Source: the human T2T-CHM13v2.0 reference genome, Homo sapiens
DNA: 64,000 nucleotides
Reading direction: 5' to 3' (one strand)
Assembly: GCF_009914755.1 (NCBI RefSeq)
Contig: NC_060925.1
Below are positions 47,119 to 60,483 of the stretch, one piece after another. Made by a program: the position numbers and the translations under genes. The notes under the pieces were generated by a model, which did not search any database, was not told the origin of the DNA, and saw only the letters and a program-made list of their open reading frames with translations. Each line of letters opens with the position of its first letter. Position 1 is the first letter of the stretch.

Positions 47119-47785
47119 TGATGGACAGTGTGACTACAGGGACAGAGGAAGATTCCCCAAAGACCTGCACTCACCCCCTCTAATGCATGTCCAGACATCG
47201 TCTGGCTCTCAGCACTCCCCTCCATTGCCCAAAGCCCTTTTGCAGGGCCTCTGCCTGTTCTGCCTGCTTTGTGCTTTGTTTTGTTGCATTTTATTTCCTT
47301 TTCTTTCCTGTTTCTAACCCAGTCATCTCTTTTTCTAGTTATTCCCAACCTATATAACTCACATACACTGGAGGAAATATCTTCATGGAATTAAAACCAC
47401 ATGGAGTAACATTTCACGTAAGCAGAATTCAGGAAGGATTTCAGTAATTCCATCCCAAACACACACAGGTAAAGGGAGTGAAGATTTCTTCAGCAACATG
47501 GTGGCAGAAAGATCATGAAAAGATCTAGGCCAGGCAAGTATGCAAACAAGACTGACTCTTCCTTTCCACTGGAGCTTTGGGTAATTGCTCTCACAATTCT
47601 ATGATTTGCTGAAGCCACAGAAAATCAGTTTTAAAACAGGATTTCTACCCCTGGCTCACTACATGACAAATAATTTTATCCTGTAATCTTCTGATGTTAA
47701 ACAAAGATGGCCCTCAATGTAATTGTTACAGTGCCTCCTCCCCACTTCTGTTAGCTGTTGCTTCTCTGCCTCCCACGAGTTTAGT

Positions 47786-48102
<317 letters not shown>

Positions 48103-48679
48103 TCATCAATCATATATATTGAACCAGGGTCACGAAAACATGGGAAAAGTGTAATTTCTGCCTCTGAGGAACTCACAATCTAGTGGGAGACACCATTTAT
48201 TCATCCATTCTTTCATGAAATACACATTGAGAATGTAACACACCCTGGGCAAAGGAGAGGTCATTTGACTATGACACAAGACAATAGTCATAGTCTTTGC
48301 CCTCATGGAATTCACAGCCTAGCCATGGAGATTAAAAATAAAAAGATCTAATAGAATAAAGAGTAGTAGATTTAAAAACACTGGAAACCCAGTGTGCAGT
48401 AAAACTAAAAAAGAGGGCTACCTAACCTAGTGTGAGAGGTGAGGTAGAGGTTAGGGTGAGAAAGGATGGTATAGGAAGGCTTTCTGGAAAATTTCAAGAT
48501 AAATCTTGAGGATAAGTCAGAATTCTACAGGTGAAAAGTAGAATAGTGCCTGCTACCTTGCAATTGTTCAGCAAACATCTGCAATGATTACTAACTGTCT
48601 GTCAGTTTTTGGCTCTGCTTCAATCCTCACAGTCCAAGCTCACTGCAGTTAAATCTTCAGTCTCCAGCACTGCACTTGG

Positions 48680-50205
48680 GAAAGCGTCAAGGAGTTGACT
48701 GTATATGTAATTGGAGTGCCAGAAGAAGAGAACCGAGAGAGAGGGGCAGAACAGCTCATGAGGGGAAAACCCACTACATACAATCAAGAATACTGCAGAC
48801 TCCTCATCGAATCTATGTAAGTAAGAAAAAAATGGCCAGGAACTATAGAGCTGTTCTTTAAAGTACTTAAAAACATTTTTGCCAACCTAGAAGTCTTTAA
48901 CCAGCAAAAATGTCTTCCAAAAAGAAAAAGACTTTTCAGAACAAATACTGAGCTGATTCATTATTAGCACATTTGCACTACATAAGTGTTAAAGAAAATT
49001 TCTTTAGTAAAAGAAATATAATACCAGAAGGAAAATTTGATCTATAAAAAAAGAAATTAAGAGTCCCAGAAATATATAAAAATTATGTAAAAATTTTTTG
49101 TTTTTTCTCCTTAAAAGATAATTGATTATTTAAAGCAAAAACAATAAAGTGTTATAGGATTTGTGGCACATGTTAAATGTATGCATTTGAAGTAAAATGT
49201 ATGATAACGGTAGTGCAAAGACAGAAGAGAAAAACTGACTTCTCCTGCTGTACATTCTTTATACTCTACATAGAGCTGTGATAAGTTAAAGATGTGTATT
49301 GTAAACTCTAGATGAAATAAAAATTTAAAAAATAAAAATAAGAAGCAAGATGGAACAAGTAGAAAACAAATAGAAAGATGGTGGATTTGATTTTAGTTTT
49401 ATCAATAATTATATAAATTCAAATAATCTAAACCCCCAGAATTTTTAAAAATGGGAGATAAAAAAACAATAAATATTATGTATTATTTGTTATCATCATT
49501 ATTTTATAAAGGGACAGGGCATAGATTTGGACAGAAATAGTAAGTTTTACAATAAGAAATGTTACCAGAATTGCATAACATTTCATGATGTTAGAAGGGT
49601 CAATTCAACAAGAAGACACAACAATACCAAATATTGCCCAACAATAGAGCTTTAAAATATACAAAGAAGAAATATACAACAGAAAAAAGAAATGGATATA
49701 TCCCGTTATTGTTGGAGATTGTAGATTCTAACCCATTTTTTCCAGTAACTAATAGAATGAGATAAGAAACCAGCAAAAGGATAGAAGAAAAACAATACTC
49801 TTAATCAGATTTACCTGATTGACTTTTCTAAAACAGTCCACTAAACAGCAATATAAAAGACATTGTTAGCAACTGCACATTTAAAACATTCACTAAAATT
49901 GATGATAATCTGGGCTATATAAACATGTCTCAGTACATTAAAAAGAATAGAAATCATGCACAGTATGATCTCTAAGCACAACTAAATGAAACTAGAAATA
50001 AATAATTTCCAAATGTTCTGAAATGAAACAACACACTTCTAAAAATTCCTGAGTCAAGGAGGAAGTCACAGATGAACTTAGAAAGTATTTCAAAGAGGAC
50101 GAAGATGAAAACAAAAACAGAATATATCACAATTTGTAGGATGCACTTAAAGTAGCCATTTGGGGAAATGTGATAGTATTACATGCTTATATTACAATGG
50201 GAAAA
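48680..50205 (+). mobile_element. Old L1M remnant (ORF1 end, inter-ORF, ORF2 endonuclease region)
   Basis: A-rich; degenerate GGGTCAATTCAACAAGAAGAC, GTTGGAGAT and TCT..GCACAA motifs of the L1 endonuclease. Confidence 0.7.
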
Positions 50206-50234
50206 ATTCTGAAATTTGTAAATTTCAAATCATT

Positions 50235-50930
50235 CATGATATGTCAAGTCTTCTCAACTTGTTTTTCTTAAGGACTGTTTTGGCCTTTATTGTGTAGTTT
50301 ATAAGTTCCACAAAATATATTGGGAATTTATTGGAATTTTGTCAAACGTATATAATTTTGTCAAACTCAAGCATAATATAAATATGTTTGAGAATTAACA
50401 TTATTATAAAAGTGAGACATTTAGCCTATGAATGTAGTACATATCACCCCTCATTTTGATGTTATTATTGTACAAAAGTTTTATATTATTGTATATAAAG
50501 ACTTCGTACACTATTTTTAAATTTATTCTTAAATTTTACACTTTTCATGAAATATGAACTTAATCTTATAAATTATTATTTTTAACATTATTGCTGGTGT
50601 AAAGAAATACAATTCCTTTGGACAATGAATTTTGTATCTAGTAAACTCATTGAATTTGTTTATTAATTTAATTCATGTACAAATTTTTGGATTTTCTATT
50701 TAAATAATCATATTGAATGAAACTACTGCATTTTAATAGTTTCTCATTATTACATTTACATATTTACTCATCTTATTCCTAAACTCAAAGATAATATAAT
50801 TCACTCTTTAGTATAAGTACATTATACATTTAGTGTAGTACAGGTACATTATGAAGTGTAATGTTTACTAAAGCTTTTCTGTAAAATCTTTCTCAGGCTA
50901 AGAACATTTTTTGTTTTTACTAGAATATAA
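50235..50930 (-). mobile_element. Old L1M ORF2 fragment, antisense
   Basis: T-rich antisense RT-region motifs. Confidence 0.55.
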
Positions 50931-53900
50931 TATTAACAAAACATATTCTAGAAAAGCGTAAAATTTACCAAATATTTAGATTTTTAATTTAAGCATCATG
51001 GAGAGAAATGACGCTCTCATGGTTGAAATGCAGAGGCTGGAGGCACAGATGTTCTTAGAGCTGCTATATTGTTTGAATCAACAGTGACGTATATAAGCAA
51101 AATTCCACAAAACCACAGATTTAACTGCCATTATTATTCAGAAGTATCTGGTGTTACTTCTGGTGTAACAAATGGACTATTGTTAGGATAAAGAATATCC
51201 ATATGAAAAAGTGCTTTACATAAAGTAGAAACTTAAATAGTAACATAATCTGGGTACAATCCAACAATAATAATTAGAGCTTTGCTTTCCTGGAATACTA
51301 TGTGCTAACCCTATTCTAAGGGATTTAGATAGAGATTTCACTGATTTCAAGAGAAACGTTTGTCTACTTGTTCAAATTTTAGTATCTGAAACTGCAATGT
51401 ATCTTACATTAGATAAGCATAACTTAATTTCAGCATTATTTAATATTAGTGCATTAAAAAGTGTATGTCATTACCAATGGCATTTTAGATTTAGTGACAT
51501 TTTGTATAATTTCATGAAACACTAGACACTATGGAATCAACTATAGTGTAAGGTCTACAAAAGCAGGAAATTCTATTTTAGTTACTCTTATAGGAGTCAC
51601 TTGATAAATATATGTTGAATGAGTTGTCCAATGAAATAAATAAAGGCACAGCATTCTAGCATCATTCGGGGGGCAGTAGTTCATCCTGTGGCCTCATAAC
51701 ACTTGAGCAATGATGTGGTCATCACTTGGAAATGCTCAATTTAATCAGGTATGTTCATAATGAGGGCTTCTCATTTTTCTGTGAAAATACTAAAATATAC
51801 TGTCTTTAGGGAGGAAGCAAACAATGTAATAAAATATAGAAAAATAGTTAAGCATGATTCAAATTAAAAGCCCTGGAATTTATAAAAATAAGCTTTATTT
51901 GTTAGGGAAAAAATTACATTGTGTAACACTCTATTCCCCATGATTCCTAGTAAATAAGACAATAAACCCTTTAAGAAGAACTTTGTCAGAAACAAAGGAT
52001 CACTATTTCCCGAAGAGCTGCAAAATACCATAGGCCAGAATTAATGCAGGTGATAACTGAGGTCATAAAAGCCATTTAGACAAGTTGAGTTGACAATGAT
52101 CTAAGAAGGGCCAGGCCACTCTCCTGTGCCCCCTCCCTAAGCAGCTGCGCATTGCTTTGCTTTGACAACCTCCTTCCCATGCACCCCATCCCACACCCAC
52201 AGCCCTGCTTGGAACTCTCCTAAGTTCCAGACTCACGTACTCGGCTGCCTCCTAGAGCCCTCTACCTGGAGACGTCCAGAACACTTTGAGTTCAGTATGC
52301 TCACAAGTGAAGTCATAAAGAGCCAAGAGTGCAGGATTGGGGTCAGGCAGCCCCACTTCTTAGTTATGCGTAGACTTCTTAGTTTACTTGACCCTTTTCA
52401 TTTTCAGATTTCATTTCTGTAAAATAGCAATGGGCTTTGTAGAATTGCTTTTAGAGTATTGTAAGATAACTTAGGTAATACCTCTAACAAAGAGTCAAAC
52501 AGATATTGGACATATAACCAATGTCTGGTACCGGCTTTCCCCTCCTTTCACAAGCTTAATGGCAATGCAGTTAAGTCAAGGACCTGGATCAGAATTACGG
52601 CATGAGGAACACACTCCATGTTTGTGCACACCCATTCCTGGATGACTTTTCAAGGGTCTTCTCTTTTCTTCCACCTGACAACAAGTTCTCCAACTTCCCT
52701 ACTTGGAAGTGGCTGCCTGCCATGAGATAATCCCCTTTCTAATTTGTCCTCCCATGAACAATGCACCCAAGGAGTCCTTCCTCTTACTCCATGTCTCCTT
52801 GAGCCTGCAGAATGGAGCTCAAGTTTGCTAGAGCAGCCACGGTTCCCGCACCACCTCCCCTTCTGCCTTGCAGGCTGCCAAGCCTGCGTCCACCGTGCGC
52901 ATGAACTCCAGCATCAGGAAGTTTCCTGCGTGTGCCCCGTGCTCCTATCTGGGCTCACGTGAACGTGCTCTTCTCTCTTTCTGAAATGCCCCTTTCCTTT
53001 GAGCGATTGTGGAAATCCTCCTCATCTTTTACAACTAGTCTCAGATGCACCCTCCTTCCCGAAGCCTCCTCCGAATGGCCTGTCTACACATGGCCCAAAC
53101 TTGGTTTCAGATCATTAAAATAGAAGGACAAAAATGAATGGTGTGCAGGGAACACACAGACAGCCTGTGGCATGGTTGGAAGCCGTGGTCTGATCTATGG
53201 CGAGTCCTGAGACCACGACTGTTCTTTGATTTTTGCTGCAGCCCTGAGAACCCTGTAGGTCTGCTCAGGCATCTTGCTGCTCTTGCAATCGAGCCCTTTG
53301 TTTCTCTGCCTATCTTGTTTCCTGCTTTTCACTTTCTTGTTCTCACCTGGCTGATTTGTAAATAATAAAGTAACCGAAGTTAGACAATTCCAGCTACTTA
53401 AGATAACTGTGTTTCCAGGGAATCTGTTTCATGCGTAGAGAGGAAAAAATAAGTAGTCACAATCCTGGATTTTCTATGTGAATCAGTTTGCTTAGAGAGC
53501 AGCAGCTGTTAAAATATACATGTGATATTTGAGTTCAAACGGGAGCAGAAATTATACTTAGTGTGGGCCAAAGAAAGGCATTTCAACGACAGGGCTCTTT
53601 CATCTGGAGTGGCGTGCCTAATTCTGATTTAGAGAAAAGCAGGTCTGATCTTGTGCAGTGGAAAAGGAGGCCTGGGGCTGGGCATCAGAAAATCAGCTTT
53701 CAGACACTTCCTCCAGGTTGTAGCTGAGAAACTTGAGGCTCTTTAGTGAGATGAAAAAATAGTAGGCGTCTCATCCAGCACAGAACCATATTGTCACAGT
53801 GTACACACAGATGGCTGAAGGTAGAAAACACCACACCAGTTCAGTTCCCCCCAGTGAAACCTATCTTGCCTTGGTGGAAAGAAGTCACCAAATCTGAAGG

Positions 53901-55229
53901 TTTATCATGAACAGGCAAAAGAGTTTCACTTGTTTTCATGACTCAAAACATTTGGCTTAAACTGCATATCTCTCCATTTTAAATGTAATTTATAATAGGG
54001 AAACAGGAGGGAAATATGCAAGATTCTGGAAAACCTGAAGTTTCCATGTTTATCTTTTCTTTAGTTCCTTGCTCTTTAGAGTAAACCAACCCATTCCCTA
54101 GATATAGTTATAAAAAATGGCTGGGGTAAGAAAAACAAGTTCGGTGATATTTTTAAAACTGTATGCACAGTCACTTGGAGACCCTTGAATGATGTTAGGA
54201 GACTGAGCTTCCCATACTCATTGGGACACACACAGTTGCTCTTGTTTGTAAGAGAGGACGCTTCTGAAGTGTCATTTCCTCTGTTGCTAGTATCGGCCTG
54301 CCTTCCCCTTGACCCCTGCCTTGTGGCCACCACTGTATCACATGTCCACACCCTTCCTTGGCTGGGGCCCTGGAAGCCAGGGCATACTGAGTGGGACAGC
54401 TGGCAGGGGCTCGGGCTGGTGCGGTCACTGACAAAGAATCCTCCTCCGGCCTGTCAGTGGCAACTCTGCAGCTGTTGGCCCACATACCTGGCATACCTCC
54501 ATCTCCAGGCAACTGCTGGGTGTGGGCAGGGATCCCAGCAGCACCCACTGGCGTCGGCTGCCTCCCACAATGCCAGCCCCCAGGTAGCCAAGAGGAGTCA
54601 TCCAGGTGTCGGGGAGAGAAGCTGAGAGAAGCAGCGAGGGCGGTGGTTGTGGGAGAGAGGAGGAAGTTGGGAGGGTCACCCACACACTTACGGAAAGCTT
54701 GGTGCAAAGAGAAAGAGACCGCCTTTCAAAAACAGCCCTGCTCTACCATCCTGAACCTAGTCCCGATCATGCCTTGAAAAAATAGATTCCCAAGTGGGTC
54801 TTGCCTAAATAATGTAAGTGGACGTGGGAAAAGCACGGATTTGTCAGCAGTTTCAGAAGGTTCCTTGCTGCTGGTGACTTTGGAAAACTCCCTTAACCAG
54901 CGTGAGCCTCCATGTCCTCCTCCAGAGCAGGGGACTGTGTACCTTCCCCCAGGGAGGCCTGGAAGGATTTTGTTGGGTTTTCCTGATAAACTCACTCAGT
55001 GGATGAAAGGGGGGATGTTTGTAAAGTTGTCATATTTATGTTGAATGTAAGATCACTGAACTCTCACTGATATGCAGAAATCAACCTTAACGAGCGCTAT
55101 CTGCAACACAAGAGATTTGTTTTCATGAGTACACACCTAGATGATGAACCTGTGCACACGACTTCACACTTTAAAAATGTCTCTTTTTTATCTTGCAGTT
55201 CTTTAAATACTAACAAGAATGGTTTTTAA

Positions 55230-55620
55230 AAGTGTTTTCAAATGTGAAAAAATACATATGACATAAAATTGATCATTAACCACTTAAGATGTGCGCAGGT
55301 CAGTGGCATCATGCACGTTGACAGTGCTGTGAAGCCATGACCACCATCCAGCCACAGAACCCTTTCATCTTGCAAAATTCAAACCCTGCACCCACTGAAC
55401 AACAACCCCATTTCTCCTTCCCTCCAGCCCCTGGGAAGCACCATTCTATTTTCTCTTGCTATACATTTGACTATTCCAGGTACTTTATATTACTTTTAAT
55501 GGCAAAAACCACAATAACTTCGCACCAACCTAAAATGAGTTGAATCACGTAGTATTTATTTGTTTGTCTGTTTGTTTATTTTTTTGACTGGCTCACTTCG
55601 CTTAGCATAATGTCCATTGT
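55230..55620 (-). mobile_element. L1MB 3' end
   Basis: CCACCATCCAGCCACAGAACCCTTTCATCTTGCAAAA...CCAGCCCCTGG...CCATTCTA. Confidence 0.75.
55489..55533. mobile_element. Half MADE1 (Hsmar1-derived MITE)
   Basis: ATTACTTTTAATGGCAAAAACCACAATAACTTCGCACCAACCTAA equals the spacer plus one TIR of MADE1. Confidence 0.85.
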
Positions 55621-56367
55621 TTATTATCAGCAATTACATTTTAAAATTTCTAATCTTGGAAAAAGAGGCATACTGTTGTCAATGAGAGGTCAGCAGTTTC
55701 AGAATATATGAATAGATGACAGACACAATAGACTTAAAAATTATTACCATTCGTTGTGCCAAGAAAACTTGCAAAAGTGTTCTTTCTCTGATGTAAGCAT
55801 GCCAAAGGTCTGAATGTGTACACAGGTATGTTACTTCCCCCACTCCTCTTTTCTTTCATTTTTATCTTTACTTTTTTCTAGGTAAGGACCGATTTTATTG
55901 TGGGGTGAAAAGTAACATAGAGCTGTACATTTTAAAGTGACTTGTATTCTCTATGTTAAGCTCAGTAAGTTGCCTCTGCTGCAGGTTGTAGGTATCTGTG
56001 TTTAGCCCTGCATTCTATCTGCCCATTTCCCGTCTTTAGCACAGCTTGCCTCTCCCCATCCCCACAACCCTGCCTAATTCTACTTGCTTTCTTTGACTCA
56101 CTCATGAAGATTAAGTAGGTACTAAGTAAAATAGAAGTATTTTACTTATATCTAAATCTCATGCCTTTTTAACAATATCAATATTACTTTTCTCACTTCA
56201 GAGATAAGGAAACTGAGGCTCAAAGATCTTATGTAACTGCCTATAGCCTAGCATCCATCTCAATGGGCGTCAAGAACTAGATCGAGTGTGTTTTGAGACA
56301 AATCCCAGAGGCTGCCCTGCACAGGATGTGGCAATCATCACTGCCTTAGTCATCTGACTTTTGCTTT

Positions 56368-56714
<347 letters not shown>

Positions 56715-57838
56715 TGACTTTTGCTTTCTATTGGGCTTACCTGTGTATTCTCACACTCTCGGGAGAACTCAACACTCCTGAAGAACACAGCCCATGACTC
56801 CTCATTTCTGTCTCCTGGCAAAGGCTAGCACAATATTTTGTGCAAAGGTTTTGCTTTCTTAATGATAAGTGAATGAAATATGGAAAAGTTTTAACATAAA
56901 AATATATTCAAGTTAGCATTTTGCCTGAAATTTATACTTAATTACATCTAGGAAATTAAGTGTACATGATCAACATATATGTATATATCATTTTCCTATT
57001 TGAGTACTGACAAGATGGAGGAAAGGCAAGGAAAAGCTGGAGAATTTGAAATATGCACGAGGTCATTTCCGTTCCAGAAATAGGAGACATAAAGTAGAGG
57101 TCGAGATCATTGACAGTGGGCTTTCTCGAGTCGGGTAGAGAAGGGGTCAGTCCTTCTAGAGCTGGATCCAACCATGTGTGGCTCTCTACCCAAGGGTATC
57201 CACCTGCTCTCCATTCCCTCATCTGTCCACTGGGGTGCACACAGCACCTCTCATGGGAATTAAAAACGGTGGTGCCTGAGCAGCTTTCAAGGAGCCAGTG
57301 GCACTCGCTGCTCAGTGCACATGAGCTAGAGAGGAGTGGAGGCCTCAGCACAGGGCCTGGTACTAACTCGAGAGATATTTGTTGTGCCCTATACCCAGCA
57401 GATACTGAGTACATGCTCAATGTTGTCATTATTTTGATAGATATTTTCTTAAATCTGGATTATCATCCTTCAGTTTGGATAAGACAGACAATATTGATGG
57501 GTTGGGGTACTTTGTCAAAGAATGTAAAGAAAGATAATGTGAAGAAAGGCAATTTTGTGATTAAAAAGGAAGCTTTATTCTTAGATTTGTTAATAAGTGT
57601 CTCTTACTGAATTATTTGCTTATTAGGCAAAACAGTGATATCATTGAATCATTCTAAAATTCCTTCCCTTTTATGTCTTGAGGTTATGAACACATGTAAG
57701 GCACCTCACCTGGCATCTGACAAACTCAACGAGACAATGAATGAACCAGAATAAATAATCATCTATTTTTTTTTCTCCCTGAACATTTCTACAGTTGAGA
57801 CAGTCTTAGAATTTCTCTCTTGCATGCCAGGATATTAG

Positions 57839-58162
<324 letters not shown>

Positions 58163-58426
58163 GAAATTGAATTTCTTTCTTTTCACCAGCTCGAATTTCT
58201 TCTTCTCATGTAAGGTCATCTTACATAAGTGAGACTCCTTTGTTCCCTTTCCCTTAATAACAAGCCTACACGGAGGTGAAGGTGGTGAACGCACCTCTTC
58301 TCATCTCAAAACATCCACGTGCTCTTCCATTTTTTTCTAACAAAGAAGGGAGAGGAGGTGACATGAAAACACACCACGGATATTGTTCAGCATTTGTAAA
58401 AGCTGAAAGTATCACTTGGTAGACAA

Positions 58427-58440
58427 ACTGCTTTTTGCAC
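58427..58440 (-). terminator. Degenerate snRNA 3' box (Integrator cleavage signal)
   Basis: GTGCAAAAAGCAGT begins 10 nt downstream of the U1 3' end; resembles consensus GTTYN0-3AAARRYAGA. Confidence 0.6.
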
Positions 58441-58449
58441 TACAACCTC

Positions 58450-58612
58450 CAGAAGAAAGCGCGAACGCAATTCCCCACCACCACAAATTACAGTCCAGTT
58501 TCCCCACATGTGGAAGTAACAGGAGTCAGTCAGCACATACTGAGTACAATGGAGAAATCGCCCCCGAAAAACATCAACTTCATGGCCGTATTTTCTCCTG
58601 TTACGTAAGTAC
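58450..58612 (-). ncRNA. RNVU1-8: Variant U1 snRNA gene (vU1), 163 nt, most like vU1.8
   Basis: Minus strand reads GTACTTACGTAACAGGAGAAAATACGGCCATGAAG...CCATTGTACTCAGTATGTGCTGAC...GACTGTAATTTGTGGTGGTGGGGAATTGCGTTCGCGCTTTCTTCTG, colinear with canonical U1; Sm site AATTTGTG and SL4 UUCG tetraloop intact. U1 family call is secure; paralog symbol is from recall and less certain. Confidence 0.93.
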
Positions 58613-58652
58613 GAATGAACGCACCTCCGCCCTGCCACAGCTCCATACGCCT

Positions 58653-58674
58653 CACCCCTTACACGCACGGTCAC
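58653..58674 (-). promoter_or_regulatory. snRNA proximal sequence element (PSE, SNAPc site) of the vU1 gene
   Basis: Minus strand GTGACCGTGCGTGTAAGGGGTG at -62 to -41, versus U1 PSE GTGACCGTGTGTGTAAAGAGTG. Confidence 0.9.
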
Positions 58675-58769
58675 TTGCCCCGCGCATTCCCCCACCCCGC
58701 CCCCATGCCGCCTCAAGTCCTCCTAGCCCTGACACACAGCTGGGACTATCACGTCCAACCGGAGGTCCT

Positions 58770-58845
58770 GGACTAGCTCCCACAGCACGAGAAATCTTTC
58801 GTGGCGAAGCAGCAGCCCCTGAGCTGCCTCCTCTGCATAGGAATC
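58770..58845 (-). promoter_or_regulatory. snRNA distal sequence element region (octamer-like ATGCAGAG plus possible ZNF143/SPH site)
   Basis: ATGCAGAG (58838-58831) at about -220, in context matching the U1 promoter (CTATG..GA.GAGGCAGC.CAG.GGCTGCTGCTTCGCCAC); ACTAGCTCCCACAGCAC at 58772-58788 resembles an SPH motif. Confidence 0.7.
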
Positions 58846-59696
58846 GCCCTATCTGTGATGTCACCGACAGCGCCTTTCCCGTCCCGGTCTGCTCTTCCGC
58901 CCCACCCTCTGCCACTCGGCCGACCAACCAGCTGCGGGAGCGGGCGGAGGAAGTGACACCTGACTCTACCTCCTTTCCCTCCCATCCCCGTCCCTGGTCT
59001 CTCCCAAAGAAGTAGGTTCTTAGCCTGTGATGCAAAGGACCCCTTTGGCGGCCAGCTGGAGCCTGTGCGCTTTTCTTCAAATAATGGCTTTTAAAGCTCA
59101 GACTAGAAAGTTTAGGATTACAAAGAAAAACGGTTTTCACATACGGTTATCCTTGTGATGTAGCATTTCGCTTGACATTTGGAAGTCGTTCAATATCAGA
59201 GAGAAACCGTATCTATGAAACTAGAGAGGCTGCTCAGATGACTGCAAACCAGCCATCCTTACTTGTTTTATCACTAGGAGTATTATAAAGACGGTCGTCC
59301 AGTTTCATGAATCTTGTAGGGTTTTTTTCAGATACAGCAATGTACAAAAATGTGCTGCCCCAGCAGAGCACACTGGACACTCAGGCATGGTGCTGGAGTT
59401 TGTCATCTCTTCACTGCCTTCTCTAGACCTTAGCGCTTACCTCATGTTAACACTTTATATGCTGCGAAGACAGAAACACAGTCATCCAAATTTGGCAAAA
59501 ATATTTGGGAGAAGTTTTATTTCAGGTGTTTAACTGATTACTTTTAATATGTAGACTACAACACCAAACTCTGAGAATACTCCACAGACTTATTAATGGT
59601 TTCCACCCCCGTCTCTGCAAATCTATCAGGCAAGTTTTTCCTGCCCTTTACTTTCATATAAGCTGAGTCACAGTCTGTAGTGGGTTTTGGGGGGAG

Positions 59697-60339
59697 TGTT
59701 ACTGCCCAACAGGTACACCCTGCCTGCTGCCTAGACAGAGCCAATTTTTCGACACAGGGGAATTGCAATAAAGAGCTGCACTCTTTATTTGGTGATTGGG
59801 GGCCGGTGAATTGAGAGTTCTGCTTGGCCAGGTCGGAGATGAAATCACAGGGAGCTGAAGCTGTGGTCTTGTGCTGGGTCAGTTCCTGCTTGGGGGCCAC
59901 AAGACCAGCTGAGCCAGGTTATCAGTCTAGCTGGTGCCAGCTGATCCACTGAGTGCAGGGTCGGCAAAATATCTCAAGCACTGATCTTAGGTTTTCCAAT
60001 AACGATGTGATCTCCAGGAACAATTTGGGGAGGTTTAGAATCTTGCAGCCAGAGGCTACATGACTCCTAAACCATAATTTCTAATCTCGTGGCTAATTTG
60101 TTAGTCCGGCAAAGGCAGTCTAGTCCCCAGGCAGGAAGGGGGTTTGCTTCCGGACAGGGATATTATCATCTTTGTTTCACAGCTAAACCATAAACTAATT
60201 TCCTCCCAAAGTTATTTCGGCCTGTGCCCAGCAATCAACAAGGACAGCTTGTACGTTAGAAGCAAGATGGAATCAGTTAGATCAGATCTCTTTCACTGTG
60301 GTAATTGTCCCAGTTGTAATTTTTGCAAAGGCGGTTGCA
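59697..60339 (-). mobile_element. LTR8/LTR8A (ERV1) solo LTR
   Basis: Reverse strand begins TGCAACCGCCTTTGCAAAAATTAC...CAGTGAAAGAGATCTG...TTCCATCTTGCTTCTAAC, the LTR8 5' end; TG...CA termini. Confidence 0.85.
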
Positions 60340-60483
60340 GAAGCAGAGGCATAGGTCTGACTTCTTTCACTCAGTCCTATGTCTATGAATTTTTCATGTT
60401 ATTCATATGGTTATTTGGTTCTACGTGTATTCCTTTGTAGGAATATACATTAACTTATGTATTTATTCTACTGTTGTTGAACA

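Larger units (their letters stand above)
58600..59075. promoter_or_regulatory. CpG-rich island spanning the vU1 promoter
   Basis: High GC/CpG density against an AT-rich background; GC boxes (CCGCCC/GGGCGG) and an ETS core GGAAGTG near 58950. Confidence 0.7.

Noticed and set aside
48680-50930. L1 twin-priming inversion
   Set aside because: Segments are convergent with the 5' part in sense first, which is not the twin-priming geometry; no TSD seen.
54076-54995. Cluster of overlapping 90-170 aa ORFs in a GC-rich patch
   Set aside because: Open on both strands because of GC content; no homology or exon structure recognised.
58416-59140. Longest ORFs (199 aa plus, 162 aa minus, 109 aa minus)
   Set aside because: They overlap the vU1 gene and its GC-rich promoter; low-complexity translations with no recognisable protein family.
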